From assembly GCA_018302335.1 (NCBI GenBank), contig JAGVZT010000047.1, positions 1-61,042 on the forward strand: 61,042 nt of DNA, read 5' to 3'. Positions 1-11,029 of the stretch are shown one piece after another; positions within the stretch are counted from its first letter, which is position 1; each line of letters begins with the position of its first letter. The stretch comes from Candidatus Woesearchaeota archaeon (GTDB lineage Archaea > Nanobdellota > Nanobdellia > Woesearchaeales > JAGVZT01). The translations under genes and the position numbers were made by a program. The notes beneath the pieces are model-generated. The model made no database searches and was not told where the DNA came from. It saw only the letters and a list, made by a program, of their open reading frames with translations.

Positions 1-12
1 GCGCCGCCGGGA

Positions 13-24
13 AGATATATAAGG
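13..24 (+). promoter_or_regulatory. TATA box for nadE
   Basis: AGATATATAAGG, 22 nt upstream of ATG at 46. Confidence 0.6.
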
Positions 25-45
25 GGCAGAAGCGGAAGACGCGGC

Positions 46-1665
46 ATGGCCAGCATCCGCGCGGCGCTCTGCCAGACGAACCCGGTCACGGGCGACCTGG
101 CCGGGAATGTCCGGGGCATCGTCGCGGCGATGCGCAGCGCGTCCGGCGCTGACCTCGCGGTCTTCCCTGAACTTTCGCTCACGGGGTATCTCTGCAGGGA
201 CCTCTTCCTCGAGCGGAGCTTCCAGAGGAAAGCCGCCTCAGCGCTCCGCAGACTTGCCGAGAAGAGCAGGTGCCATCCCCGCACGCATTTCATCGTCGGG
301 ACCATCATGCCCTGCCGCGCGCCCGAAGGCCGCTTCCTCTCCGGGGGGTGGGGAGACGATGCGGTGAAGCGGCTCCAGAACGTCGCAGCCGTGCTGCATC
401 AGGGCCGCATCGTGGACACGGTGGCGAAGACCCATCTCGCGACCTACGACATCTTTGATGAGGATAGGTATTTCCTTTCAGGAGAGCCGAAGGCGCTCTC
501 CCTTCCATTCCCTCATGGTGTCCGGAGAGCGGGTATCTCGGTGTGCGAGGACATCTGGTGGAGCGATGTCCCTGAGGCCCAGGTGGCGCAGGGCGCCGAG
601 CTGCTGGTGAATCTCTCCGCATCGCCTTTCCATGCGGGAAAGGATGTCCTGCGGCAGCGGCTCCTGTGCCAGAGGGCGCGCCAGCACCGTGTCCCGGTGC
701 TCTACGCGAACGCCGCGGGAGCGGAGGACGAGGTCATCTTCGACGGAAGAAGCTATGCGGTGAGCGCCTCCGGGAAGGTGCTCGCCCAGGCCCGCGCCTT
801 TGCGGAGGATGTGCTGCTGGTCGATGTCCCCCTCGGCCCATCCGCGAGAGGCAGTCTTCCGCGGCGCGCACCGCGCATCGCGGACATCCGTGCAGCGCTG
901 GTGCTCGGCATCCGGGACTACTGCAGGAAGAACGGCTTCTCACGCGCGGTGCTCGGCCTCTCCGGAGGAGCTGATAGCGCCGTGACCGCGGCCCTCGCCG
1001 CCGAGGCCCTCGGTGCCGCGCAGGTAGAGGCGCTGTTCATGCCGTCGGAGCACACCTCCGCGTTGAGCGAGCGCTGCGCGCGGGAGACTGCGCGAAGACT
1101 GGGCATCGCTCTTCACGTCGTTGATATCCGACGGCTCTGCGACGCCGCGCAAGACGCGCTTCCCGCCAGGGGCATCGCAGCGGAAAACCTCCAGGCGCGC
1201 GTCCGCGGCACGTTGCTCATGACGCGGAGCAACGCGACAGGGGCGCTGGCCCTCGCCTGCGGGAACAAGAGCGAGCTCGCGACGGGATACTGCACCCTGT
1301 ACGGGGACCTTGCAGGCGGACTTGCGCCGCTGGGCGACCTCTACAAGAGCGGCGTCTACGCCCTTGCGCGTCATCTCAACATTCCCAAGGTGGTTATACC
1401 GCGCGAGGTCCTGACGCGGCCGCCCACCGCGGAGCTCCGGCAGGGGCAGACCGACCGGGACACGCTGCCGCCGTATCCTCGACTGGACGCGGTGCTTCGC
1501 GCTTTCGTGGAAGGGCGCGAGACACCCTACCCTCACCGGCCGGAAAACAGACAGGTCATCAAGATGCTCCGCAGGAGCGAGTTCAAGCGGAGGCAGATGC
1601 CTCCCGCGCTGCGCGTCAGCGTGAGGTCGCTCGCTGCGAGGAGGTATCCGTTGCGGGCCCTATAG
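46..1665 (+). CDS. nadE: Glutamine-dependent NAD+ synthetase (CN-hydrolase domain + PP-loop NAD synthase domain)
   Basis: 539-aa ORF. N-terminal nitrilase-like region (VFPELSLTGY, CEDIWW). C-terminal PP-loop LGLSGGADSAV and GNKSELATGYCTLYGD. Confidence 0.9.
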   Translation: MASIRAALCQTNPVTGDLAGNVRGIVAAMRSASGADLAVFPELSLTGYLCRDLFLERSFQRKAASALRRLAEKSRCHPRTHFIVGTIMPCRAPEGRFLSGGWGDDAVKRLQNVAAVLHQGRIVDTVAKTHLATYDIFDEDRYFLSGEPKALSLPFPHGVRRAGISVCEDIWWSDVPEAQVAQGAELLVNLSASPFHAGKDVLRQRLLCQRARQHRVPVLYANAAGAEDEVIFDGRSYAVSASGKVLAQARAFAEDVLLVDVPLGPSARGSLPRRAPRIADIRAALVLGIRDYCRKNGFSRAVLGLSGGADSAVTAALAAEALGAAQVEALFMPSEHTSALSERCARETARRLGIALHVVDIRRLCDAAQDALPARGIAAENLQARVRGTLLMTRSNATGALALACGNKSELATGYCTLYGDLAGGLAPLGDLYKSGVYALARHLNIPKVVIPREVLTRPPTAELRQGQTDRDTLPPYPRLDAVLRAFVEGRETPYPHRPENRQVIKMLRRSEFKRRQMPPALRVSVRSLAARRYPLRAL

Positions 1666-1673
1666 AAACTCAC

Positions 1674-1731
1674 CGGCCGCAGTCCTCAGCGTATCCGGCA
1701 TGCCGGCGGAACACGTCCGGCATTCCGACCG
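1674..1731 (-). repeat. CGGCCG-bounded intergenic repeat, copy A (short variant, reverse orientation)
   Basis: CGGCCGCAGTCCTCAGCGTATCCGGCATGCCGGCGGAACACGTCCGGCATTCCGACCG. Lies between convergent genes. Shares the GCATTCCG-CCG terminus and TATCCGGCAT block with other copies. Confidence 0.65.
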
Positions 1732-1755
1732 AGAGACTAGAGTTTCACAGCTGCG

Positions 1756-2535
1756 CTAGAGGTCCCCATACAGGCGGCGCCCGTCCGGGAGCCTGCCCTG
1801 CTTCGCGTGGGCCAGAGTGTCGCGCAGCTCAGGCTCGTCCATGTCCAGCGAGCCTGCGTGCAGGTCTTCCATGAGCCGCCAATCGATATAGCTCTGCTCT
1901 CCCGGGAGCATGAGGGAGTATGAGCGGAGCAGCGCCACGGGCTTCTCTGCCATGAGGTTGCTCGCGTTGCGGAGGTGGAGGCTACGCTCGACGACGCGGG
2001 AAAGGGCTCCCATCTCGGTGAACGCATTGCGCACATACGCCGCGGTGGACTCCATCTCCTCCTTGCCTGGATGGAGGATTCCTGACATCAGCTCTGCCCC
2101 CAGACCCCAGATTCCCATGGCGAGCCCGATGGGGGCCAGCGGAGGCACCACGATGAGACCCGCTCCGCCGACTGCGGCACCGAACCCGCCGGCAAACATG
2201 TAGTTGCTGGCGCGCGCCCGGAACTGGATGTCGAAGGACCAGACAAGTTCCTCCGAAGAGTAGCTAGGGTAGGTCCCCATGGCCCCCAAGGTCTCCGAGA
2301 ACTCCTCCATCTCTGCCATGTACTGCTTGGCGTTCTTGTACCAACGGAGCAGCCTGAGGAAGGTCTTGCCCGTGGGCATCAGGGCATCGTACTGCTCGGC
2401 AAGCTCCACGGCCCGTCCGGCGGTGGACGCCCTGCCGTGGAAAGTGTCCCGGAGGAGCGTATGCCTCTCCAAGACTGGTTCGAGGGCAGCGCGCTCGCGG
2501 ACGATGCGCGCCTCGAGATTGTGCGTGTCCCCCAT
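1756..2535 (-). CDS. Hypothetical protein with a Gly/Ala-rich hydrophobic core segment
   Basis: The track ORF is 1756..2661, but its first 42 codons read through repeat copy B. The ATG at 2535 lies 21-32 nt from a TATA box. Hydrophobic segment: FAGGFGAAVGGAGLIVVPPLAPIGLAMGIWGLGAELM. No family recognised. Confidence 0.55.
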   Translation of the reverse strand: MGDTHNLEARIVRERAALEPVLERHTLLRDTFHGRASTAGRAVELAEQYDALMPTGKTFLRLLRWYKNAKQYMAEMEEFSETLGAMGTYPSYSSEELVWSFDIQFRARASNYMFAGGFGAAVGGAGLIVVPPLAPIGLAMGIWGLGAELMSGILHPGKEEMESTAAYVRNAFTEMGALSRVVERSLHLRNASNLMAEKPVALLRSYSLMLPGEQSYIDWRLMEDLHAGSLDMDEPELRDTLAHAKQGRLPDGRRLYGDL

Positions 2536-2555
2536 GGTCCCGGGGGGTGGGCGGG

Positions 2556-2567
2556 CCAATAAAAAGC
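2556..2567 (-). promoter_or_regulatory. TATA box for the 1756..2535 gene
   Basis: Forward CCAATAAAAAGC, reverse complement GCTTTTTATTGG; 21 nt upstream of ATG 2535. Confidence 0.5.
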
Positions 2568-2601
2568 TTCGCTCGGAGCCACGGAAGCTGAGAGGGCGAA
2601 T

Positions 2602-2669
2602 CGGCCGCCCTGCGGAGAATGCCCGCCCTTCCGGTGGGGCAGCCCGGAACTCATGCGGCATTGCGGCCG
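2602..2669 (-). repeat. CGGCCG-bounded intergenic repeat, copy B (68 bp)
   Basis: CGGCCGCCCTGCGGAGAATGCCCGCCCTTCCGGTGGGGCAGCCCGGAACTCATGCGGCATTGCGGCCG. Aligns with the reverse complement of copy L over its whole length. Confidence 0.8.
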
Positions 2670-2675
2670 GGTCGT

Positions 2676-3287
2676 TCAGAGCACGACCATCAGCGCAAGG
2701 CTCCCGAGGAAGAGCGCTGCGAACGCGCGCTTGTCCCAGAGGAGCACCTTGAGTCCGTCGAAGCTCCCGAAGGGCAGCATGTTGAAGAACGCCAGGAAGA
2801 TGTTGACCGAGGCGCCGTAGGCCAGGAGGGATGCGGCCGGTAAGAAAACGGCGAGAGCGGAGAAGAGCAGCGCCAGCGCGATGTTCACCAGCGGACCTGC
2901 GGCGGCGATGCGCCCGCTCTTCTGGTACGTCACCGCGCCAGAGATGAACACCGCTCCTGGAGCGGCGAACAGGAATCCCAGGAAGGAGGAGAACACCGCG
3001 ATGAGCAGCATGGTGTCGAAGCTCTTGAAGCGCGCGACACAGCCGTAGCGCTGCGCGACGAACTTGTGGCCGAGTTCGTGCAGCACGAAGCCGATGCCGA
3101 CCGTCACCGCAGCGGTGCCCATCGCGCGGAGCAGCTCACCGGGAGACGCGGTGAAGAGGCGCGTTCCCCCAAGGAGCAGCACCGCGAACGCGAAGCTTAT
3201 CGCAGCCCATGCCTTGGCGATGTCCCGCAATTCTTCCCGGGTGAAGGTCTGGAAGTCCACGCGGCAGCGAGGCATCGCCGCCTTCAA
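2676..3287 (-). CDS. Site-2 protease family (M50) intramembrane zinc metalloprotease
   Basis: HExxH in FVLHELGHKFVAQRYG. Second conserved motif FFNMLPFGSFDG (NxxPxxxxDG). Several TM segments. The track start is TTG at 3287; the first ATG is at 3275. Confidence 0.8.
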   Translation of the reverse strand: MKAAMPRCRVDFQTFTREELRDIAKAWAAISFAFAVLLLGGTRLFTASPGELLRAMGTAAVTVGIGFVLHELGHKFVAQRYGCVARFKSFDTMLLIAVFSSFLGFLFAAPGAVFISGAVTYQKSGRIAAAGPLVNIALALLFSALAVFLPAASLLAYGASVNIFLAFFNMLPFGSFDGLKVLLWDKRAFAALFLGSLALMVVL

Positions 3288-3342
3288 AAGGGTTCCGGTC
3301 GAAGGAGAACGCTGGAATAATTATCCATTCTGCAGTGATAAA

Positions 3343-3353
3343 ATTTATATAAT
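3343..3353 (+). promoter_or_regulatory. TATA box in an AT-rich divergent spacer
   Basis: ATTTATATAAT, 21 nt upstream of ATG 3375. A second AT box, AATAATTAT (3317-3325), faces the M50 gene. Confidence 0.55.
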
Positions 3354-3374
3354 ATTTTACCTAACCTCAGGTAT

Positions 3375-3578
3375 ATGGCACATCCGTATGAAGGCCGGGA
3401 CGCGTACGCTCCACGCGATGCGGAGCCATCCTATCGTCCCCTTTTTGCCGTGCGGAAGCCGACCATCGTGCTCGGCAAGCCAACCCTCGACCAGAAAGTC
3501 CGTGAGGCGCTCGAATCTCTCGGCCTCGCCCCCCGCGAACGGGTTCCGGTGCGCGTTCCTGCACGTCCCAAGCGCTGA
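3375..3578 (+). CDS. Small hypothetical protein (67 aa)
   Basis: The ORF starts at leaderless distance from a strong TATA box. Codon composition matches its neighbours. No homology recognised. Confidence 0.35.
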   Translation: MAHPYEGRDAYAPRDAEPSYRPLFAVRKPTIVLGKPTLDQKVREALESLGLAPRERVPVRVPARPKR

Positions 3579-3579
3579 G

Positions 3580-4473
3580 CTACGCTCCCAAGGCTATCAC
3601 TGCGCCTCCGCCGACAATGAGCGCCGTCGCCAGCCCCTTCTGGAGCAGTTGTCCCGTGGTGTGCGACTCGTTCAGCACCGTCGGCGCCACGACCGACACT
3701 CCCGTGGCGATGAGGAGGATGTACAGCGGTTCTATCGCTCCCAGGGCGGCGACATAGCTGACCTGCGTCAGGCTCGCCGCGACGAGATGGGTCATGATGG
3801 CGAGGAGCGAGATGCTCTCATTCCCCATGACCAGGAGGATGGTGCGGTTCCTGATGATGTCCGAGAATACCTGGCGGGTGCCTTTGCCCAGCAGGAGCAG
3901 GGAGAGCACCAGCCCGTAGGTGATGAACTGCACCGAGAAGACATTCCAGTAGCTCAGGGAGCGCAGAGCCCATTTCTCCACGACGGCCTGCGCGCCGAAG
4001 AGCACGGCGGCGAGGACCACGAGCCACGCGGCTGGAGAGAACGAGAGCTTTCCGAGGTCCTTCACCGATATCAGGAAGGCTCCGGCGATCATGGCGAGCG
4101 TCGCCAGGTAAAAATGCCCGGAGAAGGAGGCGCCGAGCAAGAGCGTCTCCAGCACCGCGGCGACCACCGCGAGCAGGTAGAGCAGCGGAATCACGCGGGA
4201 GACCTCCTCCTTCTGGAGCGCGGCCAGGTAGACCACCACCGCAGCGGCGAAGAGCAGGCCGCCGCCGACCGCAGGCAGCAGCGCGCGCGGCTCCATCGTC
4301 TCCAGGGGATAGGCCAGCAGGAGGATAATCGCGTAGAGCCCGAGAGCGGCGCCGCTCGCGACCGCGAATGCGAACGGGCTCCTGATGCGCTTGTCAATCA
4401 GGAACTTGTCGACCGTCGCGACGAGCGCGAAGAAGAACGGGGAGAGCAGGGCGAAGACAATCCAACTGGCCAC
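3580..4473 (-). CDS. EamA/DMT-superfamily transporter
   Basis: 297 aa with about 10 hydrophobic helices in a two-half EamA-like layout. GTG start lies 22-33 nt from a TATA box. Confidence 0.75.
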   Translation of the reverse strand: MASWIVFALLSPFFFALVATVDKFLIDKRIRSPFAFAVASGAALGLYAIILLLAYPLETMEPRALLPAVGGGLLFAAAVVVYLAALQKEEVSRVIPLLYLLAVVAAVLETLLLGASFSGHFYLATLAMIAGAFLISVKDLGKLSFSPAAWLVVLAAVLFGAQAVVEKWALRSLSYWNVFSVQFITYGLVLSLLLLGKGTRQVFSDIIRNRTILLVMGNESISLLAIMTHLVAASLTQVSYVAALGAIEPLYILLIATGVSVVAPTVLNESHTTGQLLQKGLATALIVGGGAVIALGA

Positions 4474-4494
4474 GATGCGGTGGGGGACCGCAGG

Positions 4495-4506
4495 CTTAAA
4501 AATATG
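4495..4506 (-). promoter_or_regulatory. TATA box for the EamA transporter gene
   Basis: Forward CTTAAAAATATG, reverse complement CATATTTTTAAG; 22 nt upstream of GTG 4473. Confidence 0.5.
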
Positions 4507-4524
4507 CGCGTGGCAGACGTCCCC

Positions 4525-4588
4525 CGGCCGGAATGCCGCGCGAGGTCTGCGCTGTCTCGCAGGGCGGACATTCTCCGCAACGCGGCCG
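4525..4588 (+). repeat. CGGCCG-bounded intergenic repeat, copy C (64 bp)
   Basis: CGGCCGGAATGCCGCGCGAGGTCTGCGCTGTCTCGCAGGGCGGACATTCTCCGCAACGCGGCCG. The first 20 nt are identical to copy L. Confidence 0.85.
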
Positions 4589-4627
4589 AAGAAACTGAGG
4601 GTCTCTCTGGAGCCTCAGCACGCGCAA

Positions 4628-4638
4628 TCTATAAATAG
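4628..4638 (+). promoter_or_regulatory. TATA box for ppdK
   Basis: TCTATAAATAG, 32 nt upstream of ATG 4670. Confidence 0.6.
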
Positions 4639-4669
4639 TCCGTCCCCGGCTGGAGCGTGGGGTGATTCC

Positions 4670-7231
<2,562 letters not shown>

Positions 7232-7234
7232 AGC

Positions 7235-7300
7235 CGGCCGCACTGCGGAGAATATCCGTGGTTCCTGGGGCAATGCGGGTACTGCACTACACTGCGGCCG
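7235..7300 (-). repeat. CGGCCG-bounded intergenic repeat, copy D (66 bp)
   Basis: CGGCCGCACTGCGGAGAATATCCGTGGTTCCTGGGGCAATGCGGGTACTGCACTACACTGCGGCCG. Confidence 0.75.
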
Positions 7301-7330
7301 AAGGATGCTGGCAATGCTCCGGCCGGCAAA

Positions 7331-7341
7331 ACTATTTAAGG
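7331..7341 (+). promoter_or_regulatory. TATA box
   Basis: ACTATTTAAGG, 23 nt upstream of ATG 7364. Confidence 0.55.
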
Positions 7342-7363
7342 CGCTTCCCGCAGGAGCGGACCG

Positions 7364-8218
7364 ATGGTCCTGTTCAACGAGACTCTGGGCAGCGGCCTGG
7401 CGGAGATTTCCAACTCCAGCGCCGCGGCCTTCGCCCTTGATTACGGCAGGCAGCTGCCATCTCTCGCGCTGCAGGGCAACTTTTTCGCGCTCGTGTTGGT
7501 GTGCATCTTCGGATGGGTGCTCATGGTCGTCCTCAACAAGCTCACCGGGGTGCTGCTGCAGCTCATCCGGCACACGTTCGTGTTCATCATCACCGGCTTC
7601 GGGGCGCTGTTCTTCTTCCTGGAGTTCCGGAGGCGTCTTGCCGGCGGCCTGACCACCGAGACGCTGGTGTTCGGCGCCCTCGGCCTGGCGGTGAGTGTCG
7701 TCGGGCTGCTCTTCGCGGTCTATGCCGTCGTCATGAAGGTAAGGGAGGCGCGTTCTCCCTGGCCCAAGCGGAGCTACGACCAGGCCAACGCCCTGCCGGT
7801 GGAGATGCCGGAGGAGCCTGAGCCGCCGAGGAACCTCGGAGAGTTCAGCGACATCTTCACCAACGTCAAGGACACGAGCCTGTTCTCGGCGCTGGCCTTC
7901 ATGGTGGTGGGGCAGTTTGGGGTGTTCAGCACCGAGACCTTCTCCGCCCCCACCGCGATGACCGGGTTCATCTTCCTTGTCGCATTCCTCATCGCCGCAA
8001 TGGTCTTCATCCGGCAGAGCTACAAGCGTTACATGCTCGGGGTGACCCATCTTATCGTGACGTTCGTGGTCGGTGTGATTCTCTCCATCTTCCTCGGCTC
8101 TGCCTGGGCGCAGTTGCCCTTGACCACCCTGCTCTCGGGTGCATACTTCACCACATCTTCCCTCGTCGCGCTCATCAGCGGGATGGCGCTTTCCATCTTC
8201 GCGGGAAGCAAGACCTGA
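7364..8218 (+). CDS. Integral membrane protein, function unknown
   Basis: 284 aa with multiple hydrophobic helices and a central acidic loop (PVEMPEEPEPPRNLGEF). Promoter lies at leaderless distance. Confidence 0.6.
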   Translation: MVLFNETLGSGLAEISNSSAAAFALDYGRQLPSLALQGNFFALVLVCIFGWVLMVVLNKLTGVLLQLIRHTFVFIITGFGALFFFLEFRRRLAGGLTTETLVFGALGLAVSVVGLLFAVYAVVMKVREARSPWPKRSYDQANALPVEMPEEPEPPRNLGEFSDIFTNVKDTSLFSALAFMVVGQFGVFSTETFSAPTAMTGFIFLVAFLIAAMVFIRQSYKRYMLGVTHLIVTFVVGVILSIFLGSAWAQLPLTTLLSGAYFTTSSLVALISGMALSIFAGSKT

Positions 8219-8237
8219 GGACGCATCCTGAGGGCCC

Positions 8238-8305
8238 CGGCCGCAATGCGGCAGGATATCCGCGTGGTCTCGCCGGCATACCGATGATTCTCCCCAGCGC
8301 GGCCG
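8238..8305. repeat. CGGCCG-bounded intergenic repeat, copy E (68 bp, both arms resemble the GGATAT arm)
   Basis: CGGCCGCAATGCGGCAGGATATCCGCGTGGTCTCGCCGGCATACCGATGATTCTCCCCAGCGCGGCCG. Confidence 0.75.
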
Positions 8306-8347
8306 GCCATGTGCCCGGGCATTTCTCTACGGCCGGCGCGACGAAAG

Positions 8348-8358
8348 CCTTATAAAAG
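8348..8358 (+). promoter_or_regulatory. TATA box
   Basis: CCTTATAAAAG, 21 nt upstream of ATG 8379. Confidence 0.6.
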
Positions 8359-8378
8359 TGGTTCCCCAGCGGAAAGGC

Positions 8379-9359
8379 ATGACTCTCCTGCTGGAGTTGC
8401 TCTTCTTCGTGCTGGCATGCGTGGTGCTGGTGAAGAGCGCCGGCATCATCGTCAATCACCTGACGCGTATCTCCTCCTTTCTCGGGCTGAACGAGTTCGC
8501 GATAGGGTTCATCATCATGGCCATCTCGACCACCCTGCCCGAACTCTTCATCGGCATCACCTCCGGGCTCCGGAAGGACACCGCCATCGCCCTCGGCACG
8601 GTCATCGGGAGCAACATCGCGGACCTCACCATCATCATCGGCGTGGTGGTCCTGGTCACGAAAAGCATCCGCATCCGGAGCCATATCATCCGGCGCGACC
8701 TCGTGTACATGCTCTTCATCCTCGTCCTGCCCATCCTGCTCATGCTCTGGCCGCCGACGTGGCTCAACGGCGCGCCAACGGAGGCCACCCTCTCCAGGGC
8801 CGAGGGGCTGCTGCTCATCCTCGTCTTCGTGTTCTACCTGTACATGACCATCCGACAGGAGCATTCCTTCCACAAGGAGATCCACCGCGCCTCCAGGCAC
8901 GAGGCCATGTCGAGCTTCCTGGTCACCGCGCTCATGGCCGGCGCCCTCTTCGGGAGCTCCCACTTCGTGGTGAAGCACGGCCTGGTCATCTCGGCCGCGC
9001 TCAATGTGCCTCCGATTCTCGTCGGCATCTTCCTCATCGCCCTGGGCACCTCGCTTCCCGAGCTGAGCTTCCAGCTCAAGGCGGTGAAAGGGAAGCACGA
9101 GGAGATGGCGCTCGGTGACCTCATCGGGGCGGTCATCGTCAATTCGACCCTCGTGCTGGGCATCACCGCGCTCATCTCCCCCATCCATGCCAACTTCTTC
9201 ATCTTCTTCACCAGCGCGATGTTCATGGTGGTCATCGCCTTCATCTTCCTCACCTTCGCGGAGTCCGACGGTGGCCTGAACTGGAAGGAGGGCATCTCCC
9301 TCGTGATGCTCTACGTCTTCTTCGTCATCGTGGAGAGCTACATCAAGACCCTGCAGTGA
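8379..9359 (+). CDS. Ca2+/cation antiporter (CaCA family, Na+/Ca2+ exchanger-like)
   Basis: Alpha-repeat motifs GTVIGSNIADLTIIIG and GTSLPELSF / GDLIGAVIVNSTLVLG, with about 10 TM helices. The track GTG at 8358 overlaps the TATA box, so the ATG at 8379 is preferred. Confidence 0.85.
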   Translation: MTLLLELLFFVLACVVLVKSAGIIVNHLTRISSFLGLNEFAIGFIIMAISTTLPELFIGITSGLRKDTAIALGTVIGSNIADLTIIIGVVVLVTKSIRIRSHIIRRDLVYMLFILVLPILLMLWPPTWLNGAPTEATLSRAEGLLLILVFVFYLYMTIRQEHSFHKEIHRASRHEAMSSFLVTALMAGALFGSSHFVVKHGLVISAALNVPPILVGIFLIALGTSLPELSFQLKAVKGKHEEMALGDLIGAVIVNSTLVLGITALISPIHANFFIFFTSAMFMVVIAFIFLTFAESDGGLNWKEGISLVMLYVFFVIVESYIKTLQ

Positions 9360-9366
9360 TTTTTTT
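9360..9366 (+). terminator. Oligo-T tract (T7) immediately after the stop codon
   Basis: TGATTTTTTTG. An archaeal-type oligo-T terminator, rare in this GC-rich sequence. Confidence 0.5.
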
Positions 9367-9412
9367 GTCCCACCGTGAGGGGAAATCCTTTTAGCGTCGG
9401 AAAGCCCTATCG

Positions 9413-9422
9413 CTTATATAAG
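9413..9422 (+). promoter_or_regulatory. TATA box
   Basis: CTTATATAAG, 17 nt upstream of ATG 9439. Confidence 0.55.
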
Positions 9423-9438
9423 AATCAGGGTGTCACAC

Positions 9439-9963
9439 ATGGTCTGCAGGTCGCACCTCCCGGTGTTCATGGGTCTCGCGCTCGCCGGCCAGGGGTACCG
9501 CCAGGCATACCCGGCCGCCATGGGGAGCGCGTATCGCTCTGCTCCGCTGTATGGCACCGCCGGAGCGGAGCTGGAGCGACTTGCCGCTGTCCGCGCGGAG
9601 CGCACCTCTGTGGTGGGAAGCGTGGACCGGCTGCTCTACAATCCCGTCAGCGCCGCCAGCGAGCCGCGCTACACCACGTCCTATCGGGCGGCGCGGCCTT
9701 ACGCGTCGCGGAGCCTCGAGGCTGCGGTGTCCTCCGTGCGCGTCGGCGAACAGATGGTCATCGGGCCGAAGCAGGAATCTCTCGAGGTCATCTCCCTCGA
9801 TGCGCCAGGACGGATGCCTGAGCTTCCGGTGGACCCAGAGCGACCGATCGCAGCAATCCAAAAAAATCCGGAGCCTGAGTTCCGCCGGAAGCAGGAGGAC
9901 CTGGCGCGGCGCATCCTGGAGGAGCTGCAGCGCACCTCCGCAGAAGAGATGGAGGTGATGTGA
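9439..9963 (+). CDS. Hypothetical protein: Tyr/Ala/Pro-rich N-terminal part and acidic helical C-terminus, SD-coupled to the downstream AAA+ ATPase
   Basis: The stop TGA (9961-9963) is 1 nt before the ATPase ATG. GGAGGTGA (9951-9958) inside its 3' end serves as SD for the next gene. C-terminal helix: EFRRKQEDLARRILEELQRTSAEEMEVM. Confidence 0.5.
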   Translation: MVCRSHLPVFMGLALAGQGYRQAYPAAMGSAYRSAPLYGTAGAELERLAAVRAERTSVVGSVDRLLYNPVSAASEPRYTTSYRAARPYASRSLEAAVSSVRVGEQMVIGPKQESLEVISLDAPGRMPELPVDPERPIAAIQKNPEPEFRRKQEDLARRILEELQRTSAEEMEVM

Positions 9964-9964
9964 G

Positions 9965-11029
9965 ATGTGCACGAGCGATGACGCAGAACGCAAGGTGAAG
10001 GCTGCGAGAGGCGACCCGGCCCAGGCCCGGAAAGAGCTTCTCGAGGCGGCCGAGATATATCTCACCCTGTCCATGAACGCCGACGGCAGGGAACGCGAGC
10101 ACCTCGCGAAGGCCGAGGAGCTCTTCAGCGAGGCTCGAAAGATTCCCGTGCCCGAGCACGTGCACGCCCCTGCCGCGAGACGCGGGCTGACCTTCAAGGA
10201 CATCGGGGGGCTGTCGGCGTTGAAGGAGGAGATACGCTTCAAGATCATCGAGCCCCTGCTCCACCCGGAGGTGTACGCGCATTACGGCAAGAAGGCAGGG
10301 GGCGGCATCCTGCTCTACGGCCCGCCCGGCTGCGGGAAGAGCCTCATCGCGGAAGCCACTGCCGGAGAGGCGAAGGCCGCGTTCTTCCACGTCAAGCCGA
10401 GCAACATCAAGAGCAAGTACGTGGGCGAGGCGGAGCGGAACATCGCGGAGCTCTTCCGCGCCGCTCGGGAGCAGCAGCCGAGCATCATCTTCTTCGACGA
10501 GTTCGAGACCCTTGGCGCCGAGCGCGGAGAGACCGCGGCGAACGAGCGCGGAGCCATCGCCCAGCTGCTGGCGGAGACCGACGGCATGGGCGCAAAGGGC
10601 CAGCAGGTCCTGCTGCTCGCGGCGACGAACGAACCGTGGAGCGTGGACCTGGCGCTGCAGCGCGAGGGGCGGTTCGGCGCGACGGTCTTCGTCCCCGCGC
10701 CGGACTCCGAGGCGCGGAAGGAGATATTCAAGATTCACCTGGCCGGGAAGCCCCTCTCCCGGGACATCCGCGGCGAGGAGCTGCTGGCCATGACCGAGGG
10801 TTTCTCAGGTGCAGACATCAAGGCGGTGTGCGAGAAGGCTGCGGACATCCCGTTGCGGGAGTACTTCCGCACCGGGGAGATGCGGCCCCTCCACATGGCG
10901 GATTTCCTTTCCGCGTTGAAGGGCCACCGCTCCGTCGTGGGACAGTGGCTGGCCAAGGCGAGGCGCGAGATGGGGAGCAGGAATGCGCTGGAGCAGTATC
11001 CCGAGCTTACTTGCGGAGCCGCGCCGTGA
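9965..11029 (+). CDS. Single-domain AAA+ ATPase (classic CDC48/Vps4-type clade) with a short N-terminal helical domain
   Basis: Walker A GPPGCGKS, Walker B IIFFDEFE, second region of homology ATNEPWSVDLALQREGRFG. About 60 aa of N-terminal helical region (AQARKELLEAAEIYL...AKAEELFSEARK). Confidence 0.88.
   Translation: MCTSDDAERKVKAARGDPAQARKELLEAAEIYLTLSMNADGREREHLAKAEELFSEARKIPVPEHVHAPAARRGLTFKDIGGLSALKEEIRFKIIEPLLHPEVYAHYGKKAGGGILLYGPPGCGKSLIAEATAGEAKAAFFHVKPSNIKSKYVGEAERNIAELFRAAREQQPSIIFFDEFETLGAERGETAANERGAIAQLLAETDGMGAKGQQVLLLAATNEPWSVDLALQREGRFGATVFVPAPDSEARKEIFKIHLAGKPLSRDIRGEELLAMTEGFSGADIKAVCEKAADIPLREYFRTGEMRPLHMADFLSALKGHRSVVGQWLAKARREMGSRNALEQYPELTCGAAP

Noticed and set aside
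4385-4669. N-terminal extensions proposed by the ORF track for ppdK. The same applies to 2536-2661, 25496-25570, 33661-33795, 37551-37670 and 42202-42441.
   Set aside because: The extensions read straight through copies of the intergenic repeat and through TATA boxes. This produces recurring pseudo-peptides such as MLRISAIPA / CRIFSAMRP. Family-typical N-termini begin at the downstream starts.
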